A stretch of 10,314 nt of DNA from Candidatus Heimdallarchaeota archaeon. Its GTDB lineage: Archaea; Asgardarchaeota; Heimdallarchaeia; Heimdallarchaeales; Heimdallarchaeaceae. Within the stretch, counting starts at the first letter, position 1. Every line of letters starts with the position of its first letter. Both the position numbers and the translations under genes were made by a program. The notes under the pieces are model-generated. The model worked only from the letters and a program-made list of their open reading frames with translations. It did not search any database and had not been told where the DNA came from. Where the stretch lies: NCBI GenBank assembly GCA_030668875.1, contig DAOVER010000078.1, forward strand, positions 1-10,314, in the 5' to 3' direction. Positions 1 to 7,205 of the stretch are shown piece by piece.

Positions 1-432
1 TGGGTAGACAGAGGGCTCCAGGAAGTAATTATAGGATACAATGAGCTCTGGAAACAAGGATTACATTTCTGGAAGAAAACCACCCAGATGTTCGTCACCA
101 TCCCCTTCCTGAAAATCATCTATATGCTAAAATATAAAGGAGCAGAACAAGGGATAAAAGTGGAAACCATCCCTGAACAATACACTTCCAAGAGCAGTTT
201 CCTGGATAATGAGTTCCCCAAGGAACGGAAAAGGTACAAAGGGAAAAGGATCCACCGAGGGCTATTTCGTTCTGCTGCTGGTCACTTAATTAATGCTGAC
301 GTTAATGCCGCTTATAATATATTGATAAAAAGCGATCCGAAAGCACTACCTAAACGTAGTGTGAACGGGGTAGGAGGACACGTGGTGTATCCACTCAGAG
401 TGAGTATAGAGTACCTTCGCCCTATATCATGA
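1..432 (+). CDS. tnpB: RNA-guided endonuclease TnpB, C-terminal part (5'-truncated by window edge)
   Basis: Frame 1 is open from base 1 to TGA at 430-432, so the ORF-track start at 88 is an internal Met. Translation: WVDRGLQEVIIGYNELWKQ...FVTIPF...LKYKGAEQGIKV..PEQYTSKSSFLD...GKRIHRGLFRS..G.LINADVNAAYNI. These match TnpB motifs, including RuvC-III NADxNAAxNI (Asp at 298-300). Confidence 0.95.
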   Translation, partial: WVDRGLQEVIIGYNELWKQGLHFWKKTTQMFVTIPFLKIIYMLKYKGAEQGIKVETIPEQYTSKSSFLDNEFPKERKRYKGKRIHRGLFRSAAGHLINADVNAAYNILIKSDPKALPKRSVNGVGGHVVYPLRVSIEYLRPIS

Positions 433-493
433 CCTCTAAGCACACCATAAACCTAGCTTTGTCTAAGAAGACAAGAAGACAAATAGACATCAT
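361..493 (+). ncRNA. Putative omegaRNA (reRNA) scaffold overlapping the tnpB 3' end; 5' boundary uncertain
   Basis: TnpB omegaRNAs are known to overlap the ORF end and the right end. Visible pairings: GGGGTA(367-372)/TACCTT(412-417), enclosing hairpins GGACAC(376-381)/GTGTATCC(385-392) and ACTCA(393-397)/TGAGT(401-405); also TTGTCT(459-464)/AGACAA(469-474). 361-420 is 32/60 G+C by my count, above the surroundings. Confidence 0.6.
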
Positions 494-1756
494 AATGCAT
501 TTAATGATCCCATATTGGGTTCATTATCGGATAAAACCAAAACTAAAAAGTTTGGTGGAGGCAGAAGACGACCTTGGATGGTAACAATGGCCATTCCTTT
601 GTCTCTAGTAATGTATTTCCTGTTTACACCTCCAGGAGGTCAAGTTCAAACTGGAGAGAATCCTGCTTGGGCAATTGCTTATTTTATGATTATTATCTGT
701 GTATTTGATACAATATATACAACATATTCTGTTAGTAGAACAGCTCTTTATCCAGAAATGTTCAGAACAGACAAAGCAAGAGAAAAAGCAGGTGCGGTAC
801 AACGAATCCTAATGGTAATAGCTTTACTTGTAGCATTTGTATTGCCTACTTTGATCATAGAGGATATGACCCTTAAAAATTCAAGCAATTACGAAAGTAC
901 TCTCTGGCAGTATCAATTGACAGGAATCATATTCGGAGTGATAGTTCTTATTTCTATTTTGATAAATGTGTTTTGGGGAACAAAGGAGTTACCTGTTGAT
1001 GAGTTGGAAAAGAAGGAAACGATGTCAATATTCAAATCAATTAAAGAAAGCTTGTCAAATAAGAAATTCGTTATCTTTGCATTATGTTCGACAATGAATT
1101 GGTATGTTTTTGGTTTACTTCCAACTATAATGCCTATTTACATAAAAACAGTAATTGATTTTGATACGGACCCAGTAGTCCTTTATTTTGTTTCAAAAGG
1201 AATACCTGCTGATCTATTAATTAGCATCCCTCTTGTCATAGCCTTCCTAACTTCAATTCTTGGAATAGTTTTCTGGATGTTTGTTGATAGAAAACTTGGA
1301 AGTAAATTGGCATTCATTCTATCAATGGGACTATGGGCAGCTGTGCTCTTGCCTTTGATCTTTATTAATAATTATCTATGGGTTCTTGTTATAATGGCTC
1401 TAAATGGTATAGGTCTTGGAGGTTCTCCATATTTCATAGACAGACATATCTCAAATATCACAGATGATGATGAGATAAGAACTGGACAGAGAAGAGAAGG
1501 ATCATATTATGGTGTCCATGCATTATTTGTTAGGCTTTCAACTATACTGTCCATAGGGTCTATAGCTATAGTCTTATCTACAAATGGATGGACTGTGTAT
1601 GAGCCAGAAGTTGTAATATCTCAACTTATATTTGGATTGAAATCTTTAGTGTCTCTCTTTCCTGCTGGTGCTCTCATAATTGGAATAGTTATCTTATTGT
1701 TCTTTCCATTGAACAGAACTGAAGTTGCTGAAATGCAACAAAAATTGAAAACGTGA
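494..1756 (+). pseudogene. GPH-family (MelB-like, MFS_2) sugar/cation symporter, 5'-truncated by IS insertion; remaining frame intact
   Basis: The frame upstream of the track's TTG (515) reads N-A-F-N-D-P-I-L-G-S-L-S-D-K-T-K-T-K-K-F-G-G-G-R-R-R-P-W. This is the TM2/loop 2-3 motif (xDAxNDPxxGxxSDxTxxxxGRRRPW) normally about 50-80 aa into GPH proteins. About 10 hydrophobic helices follow, plus the GxRREGxYYG motif. An in-frame TAA lies at 464-466, with no ATG before 568. Confidence 0.85.
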
Positions 1757-1773
1757 AGTACATTCTTTACGTA

Positions 1774-1790
1774 ATTTCTCTATTTTTTTC
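1774..1790 (+). terminator. Putative archaeal-type oligo-T terminator of the MFS gene
   Basis: T7 run at 1783-1789 in a pyrimidine-rich tract about 27 nt after the stop, in a convergent intergenic region. Confidence 0.45.
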
Positions 1791-1875
1791 ATGTAGATAT
1801 CCTTAAACAGATAGAAGTTAAGAAATACCTGTTTATTTGAAGTAAAAATGAACTGAAAAAGAATAGATACAACAC

Positions 1876-2844
1876 TTAAATCTGGGTGTATCTAGCCTCC
1901 AGATAATCTGCTGCAGTCAAAGCAGCTATGGTAGCCAAACCAACTGAAGTTGTTACTTGGCGACTTAGTGGGTTCTTTATCTTTGAAGTTACATCTCCAG
2001 CAGAGAATATTCCTGGGACATTTGTTTTGCAATCATCGTCTATTTTGATTAAACCATCCTCAAGTTCAACATCTAGCATTTCTGCAATCTCAACATTTGG
2101 GATAGCACCAATTTCTGCAAAAATTCCATCTACTTTAAGAGATGTTCCATCTTCGAATAGAACTTTCTCTACTGTATTTGTTCCTTTGATTTCAGTTACC
2201 TGTTTGTTATACAATATCTCAATATTTTCCTTAGCATCGGCACGTTCTATATAGATTTTTTCACATTTTAAGTAATCGGAACGTGAAACCCAGTAAACCT
2301 TCTTTGACCCAACTGCTGACAAAGCTAAGGTTCCAGTTGCTGCTGCATCTCCGCTACCTACTACAATAACTGTTTTTTCTTTAAAGAAAGCTGCGTCACA
2401 TGTCGCACAGTAACTCACACCCTTTCCTATGAACTCCTTTTCACCTGGAACATTAAGCTCTCTATGTCTTCCACCTGTTGCTAAAATAAGTGCTTTAACA
2501 AGATAGTTTCCCATGTCAGTTTTTATTAAGAAGCGGTTGTCCTCAGTTTTTTCTGCTTTATCAACTTCGCCAAAAACAATTGTAGTGCCAAACTTTTCAG
2601 CTTGATCTTTCATCTTATCAGTTAATTCAATCCCAGAAATGTTTTCGAATCCAGGATAGTTTTCTATTTCTAAGGCTAAACCCATTTGTCCTCCGTAATC
2701 TCTCCCAATACAAACTACGTTTATTCCTGCTCTAGAGGAGTAAATTGCTGATGTTAAACCAGCTGGCCCAAGACCTATAATACCTAATTCAAATTCTCGA
2801 ATTTCTGCACTTTCTTCTTCTTCTTTTGGAGATAATATTAACAT
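1876..2844 (-). CDS. trxB: Thioredoxin reductase (FAD-dependent pyridine nucleotide-disulfide oxidoreductase class II)
   Basis: FAD motif GLGPAGLTSAIY, IENYPGF, LILATG, GKGVSYCATCD active site (2395-2409) and C-terminal T..PGIFSAGDV. Confidence 0.92.
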   Translation of the reverse strand: MLILSPKEEEESAEIREFELGIIGLGPAGLTSAIYSSRAGINVVCIGRDYGGQMGLALEIENYPGFENISGIELTDKMKDQAEKFGTTIVFGEVDKAEKTEDNRFLIKTDMGNYLVKALILATGGRHRELNVPGEKEFIGKGVSYCATCDAAFFKEKTVIVVGSGDAAATGTLALSAVGSKKVYWVSRSDYLKCEKIYIERADAKENIEILYNKQVTEIKGTNTVEKVLFEDGTSLKVDGIFAEIGAIPNVEIAEMLDVELEDGLIKIDDDCKTNVPGIFSAGDVTSKIKNPLSRQVTTSVGLATIAALTAADYLEARYTQI

Positions 2845-2920
2845 ATAATCACTTTGTTCTACTTAGTACAATATATCTTATTTATTTTCTCTTTACTCCT
2901 TTTAAAGAATTAAGTTATTA

Positions 2921-3694
2921 CTAAATATTTTTTCTTACTGGTTCTTTCTCACTTTCAAATAGAATAATCGTAATTGCTATCAAAATACATGCGATAATGA
3001 ATAATGCAACACAGTTCAAAGCTATTGTCAATGGAGTGAAACTTCTTTGTAGTAGAGACGTCGATAATTGGAAAGCATTGTAATTGATTATGCTATCAGA
3101 GGTTAGAAATGATGTTACTAATGATATAACTAATACAACTCCTGCTGATATAGCTCCTGCAGAGATTTGGCTTTTAGCGATGGTTGAGATTAACATTCCA
3201 ATACTTATATACACAAATAGAATTAAAATATAAACTGCTAATGATAGAAGAAGTGCTAATATGTCAGGAGGTCCTACTAACCATAAAGTAAAAAGGTATG
3301 CAAATAGTGTTCCAACGATTATTCCTATTCCTATTATAAAATATCTAGCAAACAATTTTGTCAAAACAATCGAGTAAATTGGAATGGGTTTAGTTCGGAT
3401 AAGAATTAATGTGTTCTTTTCTCTTTCTCCTGCAATTGCATCTGCACAAAGGATAACAGCAATTATTGAAACTATGCTGTTAATATTGCTCATATAACTT
3501 TGAATCGCCATTTCAGGGGTCAATTCTGGCATAAGACCTTCTAAGCTGGGTAAAATGTCTGGCAAAATCATCAACATCCCCACAGTTAGAATGCCAAAAA
3601 TTGCTAGACCAATGGACAAAGGTAGAATTCTCCCTCGATTATATAACCACTCTTTCTTAATAAGAGCATAAACTGGATTAGTTTTTGAACTCAT
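2921..3694 (-). CDS. ABC-2 type transporter permease (YxlG-like)
   Basis: About 6 TM helices, ADAIAGEREKNTL..I.TKPI....IVL.KL motif and LVYISIGMLIST. ATGA overlap (3691-3694) with the ATPase stop. Confidence 0.9.
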   Translation of the reverse strand: MSSKTNPVYALIKKEWLYNRGRILPLSIGLAIFGILTVGMLMILPDILPSLEGLMPELTPEMAIQSYMSNINSIVSIIAVILCADAIAGEREKNTLILIRTKPIPIYSIVLTKLFARYFIIGIGIIVGTLFAYLFTLWLVGPPDILALLLSLAVYILILFVYISIGMLISTIAKSQISAGAISAGVVLVISLVTSFLTSDSIINYNAFQLSTSLLQRSFTPLTIALNCVALFIIACILIAITIILFESEKEPVRKNI

Positions 3695-4611
3695 GATGCA
3701 GTCACCATCCTTGTGAAAATTTGATCTAAATCGGGAATATTAGGACCAAAAGAGATTATTTCAAAATCATTCATTATGTCCTTAATTACATCAGATATTA
3801 GGCTATTGCCTTCAGTTTTAAACAAAAGTTTATCATTTTGAATACCAATGACAGAAACTTTAGGATAAGTTTCTAGATATTCTTTAATTGCTTCTAATCC
3901 AATTGTTACAGTTAAAAAATAGGAATCATCGCTCATCTTGGAAAGAATATTCTCGGGTTGATCTTCAACTATCAGTTCACCTTGGCTTAAAACAAAAATT
4001 TTCTCGCATAATCTCCATATATCAGCTAAAATGTGACTAGAAAAGAGAACTATCCGATTTTCTGCAAGTTTTCGCATAAGTTTTGTTATATGTTCTCTGT
4101 TTATAGGATCTAAACCCGATAGACTTTCATCAAGGATTAGAATTTCAGGATCATGTAACAGTATGCTAGCGAATAATAATAATCTTCTTTGCCCTGTAGA
4201 TAGATATTTTACAACCTTGCTAGGTGGATAGTTAATACCTACGAATTCAACAACTTCTTTGACCTTCTTTTTTCTTTCTTCTTTAGGAATGCCATGCATA
4301 CCTGCCATAATATGAAGAAATTGTTTAGCTGTTAGTTTTTCATATAAACCAGAATCTTCAGGTAGAAAACCAATATTCTTTCTCACAGCGAAGTTCTTAG
4401 GTTCAACAAGACTGCCATTAATGTATACCTCTCCAGCTGTTGGTACAAGAAGACTTGAAACACATTTTAGAAGTGTCGTTTTACCAGCGCCATTTGGTCC
4501 TATAAGACCATAAAGACCAGCTTTTTCTATTTTTAGAGTAACGCTTCTTAGTGCTTGAATGTCTTGGAAAGACTTATGTAAATTTTCTATTTCAATCCCA
4601 TGATTCTTCAT
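3691..4611 (-). CDS. ABC transporter ATP-binding protein (CcmA/DrrA/YxlF-like), 306 aa
   Basis: Walker A GPNGAGKTT, signature LSTGQ, Walker B ILILDE, D-loop SGLDP and H-loop SSH. Start moved from 4677 to the ATG at 4611 (MKNHGIEIENLHKSF), because the extension would overlap most of the upstream gene. Confidence 0.93.
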   Translation of the reverse strand: MKNHGIEIENLHKSFQDIQALRSVTLKIEKAGLYGLIGPNGAGKTTLLKCVSSLLVPTAGEVYINGSLVEPKNFAVRKNIGFLPEDSGLYEKLTAKQFLHIMAGMHGIPKEERKKKVKEVVEFVGINYPPSKVVKYLSTGQRRLLLFASILLHDPEILILDESLSGLDPINREHITKLMRKLAENRIVLFSSHILADIWRLCEKIFVLSQGELIVEDQPENILSKMSDDSYFLTVTIGLEAIKEYLETYPKVSVIGIQNDKLLFKTEGNSLISDVIKDIMNDFEIISFGPNIPDLDQIFTRMVTAS

Positions 4612-4822
4612 CTTCAGATTTCTCCACTGGTAACCTTCCAAACAGGAAGTACGATATCCAACCAAACATATTAACAATAGCTATTGCTAGTATCCAACCT
4701 ATTTTGTTTGCATCACTTCTTTTGTCAAATGTCTTAATCAAATCATAAATTGCATAACCTTTAATTGCTAAATCAACCACAGCTACTGGAATAATAATTG
4801 CCCAAATAACCCAATCCAACAT
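4592..4822 (-). CDS. Small two-helix membrane protein, PLDc_N (phospholipase D-nuclease N-terminal) family, YxlE-like, 76 aa
   Basis: MLDWVIWAIIIPVAVVDLAIKGYAIYDLIK....K..WILAIAIVNMFGWISYFLFGR matches the PLDc_N pattern ALxD...KxxWxxxxxxxNxxGxxxYxxxGR. Start is probably the ATG at 4822, with TTTATATT at -36..-29. Overlaps the ATPase start by 20 nt. Confidence 0.8.
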   Translation of the reverse strand: MLDWVIWAIIIPVAVVDLAIKGYAIYDLIKTFDKRSDANKIGWILAIAIVNMFGWISYFLFGRLPVEKSEDEESWD

Positions 4823-4834
4823 TATTATCTTAAC

Positions 4835-4903
4835 AATCTTGAGATTCAACAATATAAATGTTCTCAAATGTAAAATATAATAACAAAATGTGCAGTATAA
4901 ATG
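4835..4903 (-). promoter_or_regulatory. Putative promoter of the PLDc_N-ABC operon: TATA box, palindrome and phased repeats
   Basis: TTTATATT on the minus strand at 4851-4858; AATCT-tg-AGATT palindrome at 4835-4846; AAATGT at 4856, 4866 and 4886. Confidence 0.4.
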
Positions 4904-4911
4904 AAATTGAA

Positions 4912-5286
4912 CTATTTTTCATATAAGAACAGTTGTGTTATCATCTTTGCAAGTTTCAGAATGCTAAATGGTTTTTGTATGAAATGTGATACGCCCAATT
5001 TACTAGCTTCTTCTTTAACTGTTGGATCTGCAGTGATGAAGAGTATTTTTGTCTTTTTAGACAATTCTTGGAAATACATTTCTTTCAGAGTATCCAAACC
5101 ATTCTTAATAGGCATCCGATGATCTATGATAATTACATCAGGATAATTTGGTAAATTACCAATTTCTTGAAGAGCTTGATGACCATTATACGCAGTACCA
5201 ATGATTTCATGTCCCTCCAAGGCTAATCCTTCCTTGTAGAGATATTGAATGGTTTCTTCATCATCAATAATGTATACTTTTGCTAT
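4912..5286 (-). CDS. Stand-alone response regulator receiver (CheY-like REC), about 124 aa, apparent ATA start
   Basis: The frame extends beyond the track's start (5220) to IAKVYIIDDEETIQYLYKEGLALEGHEIIG. All REC residues are present: DD, phosphoacceptor IIIDHRMP, ITA and KPF. No output domain. Confidence 0.9.
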   Translation of the reverse strand: MAKVYIIDDEETIQYLYKEGLALEGHEIIGTAYNGHQALQEIGNLPNYPDVIIIDHRMPIKNGLDTLKEMYFQELSKKTKILFITADPTVKEEASKLGVSHFIQKPFSILKLAKMITQLFLYEK

Positions 5287-5288
5287 AT

Positions 5289-7175
5289 TTATCCCTCCAA
5301 TAGAGTTACTACGACTACAGTGCCCTTTGATGGGTCATCATCAACACGATTCTCAAATCGTATTTCACCATTATATGATTCGACTATTGTTTTTGAGATA
5401 TAAAGCCCTAAACCTGTTCCTTCGTGAAATCGACTATCACCACGTGATAAGGGTCTGAAAAATGTATCTCTAATTTCTTCAGGAATGCCACTTCCATTAT
5501 CCGCTATTCTACACTCAAAGAATTTTTGATTAACAATTTCGAGTGGTTGGCAAGAAATTTCTATGATGACTTTTTCTGATTTATTGTGCTTTATAGCATT
5601 GTTAATAATGTTCTCAAAAACTGTTTGCAAAAGATCTCCACCAATCACAGAAACGTTTTGGGGGGTTTTCACCTCTATCTCAAAATTTCGATCTTGGAAA
5701 AGATTTTTTTGTGTTTCCATAGCATTTTCTAACATAGCAATCGCAGGGACGATTCCTTTTGATTTTCTCTCTTGCTGAATCTTCAACAACTGCTGAATAG
5801 TTTCAAGTATTCTCTCTCCTCTATCAACAACATTTATGCTTCTGGTTAAGTAATCTTTAATCTTATCTGAATCCATTTTTTCGAAGTTTAGATTAAGAAG
5901 TTCTAGATAACCTTGTACTGAAGTGTTAGTGTTTAAGAAATCATGAGATAAAATATCTAAAAGAACTGAAACAAATTGGCGTTCTAATTCACTTTCAATA
6001 TAGAGAAATTGATGTTCATAATTTAATGTGATCTGATTTCCAAAAGTTAGGAATAAATCAACATCACTTGGTAGGAAAAGTTTTCTAATTTTGGAACATA
6101 TCAGCATAAAACCCGCAGGGAGATTGTTGAGATGTAAAATTGAAATAACAGCTGATTTTCCATCTTTAGTAAATTTACTGCTTCCTTCTTGATAGTGCTT
6201 AACAAGGTTCCCTTCTTTTGTTAATTCCTCTAACATCTCTTGAGGTGAAAAATCTTCATTTATCTCTCCATTTTCTGCAACTACATCTCCATCGATAAAA
6301 ACTAATCCACAATCAGCTGAAAAAATATCTATTACATCCACAAGAACTCTCTGCCAGAATAAGGAGAGATCTCTATATTTCGAGTAAAGAGCGTATTTAT
6401 TGAGTGTTGAGACGATTAATGATAATTTTTTTGTAGGTTCAATATTTGTAAAGAAGCCGACTGATCCGATAGCATTTTGGTTCTGATCTTGCAACAAGGA
6501 TCCTACAACACTAAATGTTATGGGGCGTCCGTCTTTGTTGATTAAAATCAATTCGTAAGAACTAGAACCTTTACTACCTTCAAGTCGTTCTCTTGAAATT
6601 TGATGATACAAATCTCTAGAAGCAGGGTGGAAAAAGTCAGTAATTGATTTGGTTTTAATTTCTTCAAAGGGATATCCAAGAACTTCACACATTTTGTCAT
6701 TAATATAGATGGTATTGCCTTTAATATCATCAACCCAGAAACCGAGTTCACTACCAATTGATATAGCATCTAGTAGAGACCGAACAAGTTCAGGAGGTTG
6801 ATGCATTAGTGCTTTTGAACTTATATTGTGGGCATACCATAATCTTGCAGGATCTTCATCAAAGGTTATGTCATTAACTTTTACGAAAACTAGAGAAACT
6901 GACCCATTTTTATGAATTATCCGGATTTGAAGCTCAGAAGGAACCTTACCTCCTTCATCTAAAATTTTTTGTCTTTCATAGAAAATATGTTTATCTTCTT
7001 CATGAACTAGTTCTATTATATGCATAGTTTCCATATCTGATGTAGAATATCCAGAAATCTCATAAAAGGCCCTATTTGCGAATACCATATCCCAGCTATG
7101 TAGTGTAATGAACACAGCACTTGGTAACATATCAAGAGCTGTTTTCAAAGCTAAAGATTCTGGTGATTCAGTCAT
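5289..7175 (-). CDS. Cytoplasmic sensor histidine kinase, PAS-PAS-GAF-HisKA-HATPase
   Basis: Two PAS repeats (N.AFYEISGY...VHEED...HKNG; INDKMCEVLGY...FFHP...NKDG) and a GAF-like segment ending LF.PSDVDLFLTFGNQI. H-box LSHDFLN (His codon 5943-5945), N-box FENIINNAIKH, G1 DNGSGIP and G2 GTGLGLYI. No TM helix evident. Confidence 0.93.
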   Translation of the reverse strand: MTESPESLALKTALDMLPSAVFITLHSWDMVFANRAFYEISGYSTSDMETMHIIELVHEEDKHIFYERQKILDEGGKVPSELQIRIIHKNGSVSLVFVKVNDITFDEDPARLWYAHNISSKALMHQPPELVRSLLDAISIGSELGFWVDDIKGNTIYINDKMCEVLGYPFEEIKTKSITDFFHPASRDLYHQISRERLEGSKGSSSYELILINKDGRPITFSVVGSLLQDQNQNAIGSVGFFTNIEPTKKLSLIVSTLNKYALYSKYRDLSLFWQRVLVDVIDIFSADCGLVFIDGDVVAENGEINEDFSPQEMLEELTKEGNLVKHYQEGSSKFTKDGKSAVISILHLNNLPAGFMLICSKIRKLFLPSDVDLFLTFGNQITLNYEHQFLYIESELERQFVSVLLDILSHDFLNTNTSVQGYLELLNLNFEKMDSDKIKDYLTRSINVVDRGERILETIQQLLKIQQERKSKGIVPAIAMLENAMETQKNLFQDRNFEIEVKTPQNVSVIGGDLLQTVFENIINNAIKHNKSEKVIIEISCQPLEIVNQKFFECRIADNGSGIPEEIRDTFFRPLSRGDSRFHEGTGLGLYISKTIVESYNGEIRFENRVDDDPSKGTVVVVTLLEG

Positions 7176-7197
7176 TAAATATAAGAGGCTAAAATTA

Positions 7198-7205
7198 CAT
7201 ATAAA
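7198..7205 (-). promoter_or_regulatory. TATA box of the kinase gene (probably leaderless transcript)
   Basis: TTTATATG on the minus strand, with TTTATA at -30..-25 from the ATG at 7175, the canonical archaeal spacing. Confidence 0.5.

Larger units (their letters stand above)
1..493 (+). mobile_element. Right-hand part of a TnpB-carrying insertion sequence (IS200/IS605 or IS607 superfamily); right end at about 490-493
   Basis: tnpB is followed by about 60 nt of structured non-coding sequence, then an abrupt in-frame entry into a conserved internal motif of an MFS gene (NAFNDP from 494). The left end and any tnpA lie outside the window, so the family cannot be fixed. Confidence 0.8.

Noticed and set aside
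481-489. AAATAGACA shared between the element end (481) and the nitroreductase upstream region (7306)
   Set aside because: A 9-mer made mostly of A/T is not unexpected in 10 kb of AT-rich DNA, and there is no flanking similarity.
440-494. IStron (group I intron-IS hybrid) that would splice out and restore the MFS mRNA
   Set aside because: A 3' splice site needs a terminal G at the junction. The bases before AAT 494 are ...GACATCAT, and using G486 would put His-His into TM2. No intron core is visible in the window.
515-517. TTG as the genuine start of an intact MFS protein
   Set aside because: The conserved NAFNDP motif lies upstream in the same frame and TM1 is missing, so 515 is internal.
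605-802. ORF-track 65 aa minus-strand ORF
   Set aside because: Antisense shadow inside the MFS gene with no recognisable motif.
1928-2254. ORF-track 108 aa Ser-rich plus-strand ORF
   Set aside because: Antisense shadow of trxB; the Ser runs mirror Glu/Asp codons on the coding strand.
4551-5778. ORF-track plus-strand ORFs 4551-4748, 4901-5122, 5249-5458 and 5563-5778
   Set aside because: All are antisense to well-supported genes (ATPase/PLDc_N, receiver, kinase) and lack motifs.
6548-6769. ORF-track 73 aa same-strand alternative-frame ORF
   Set aside because: Nested out of frame in PAS2 of the kinase, with no motif or initiation signal.
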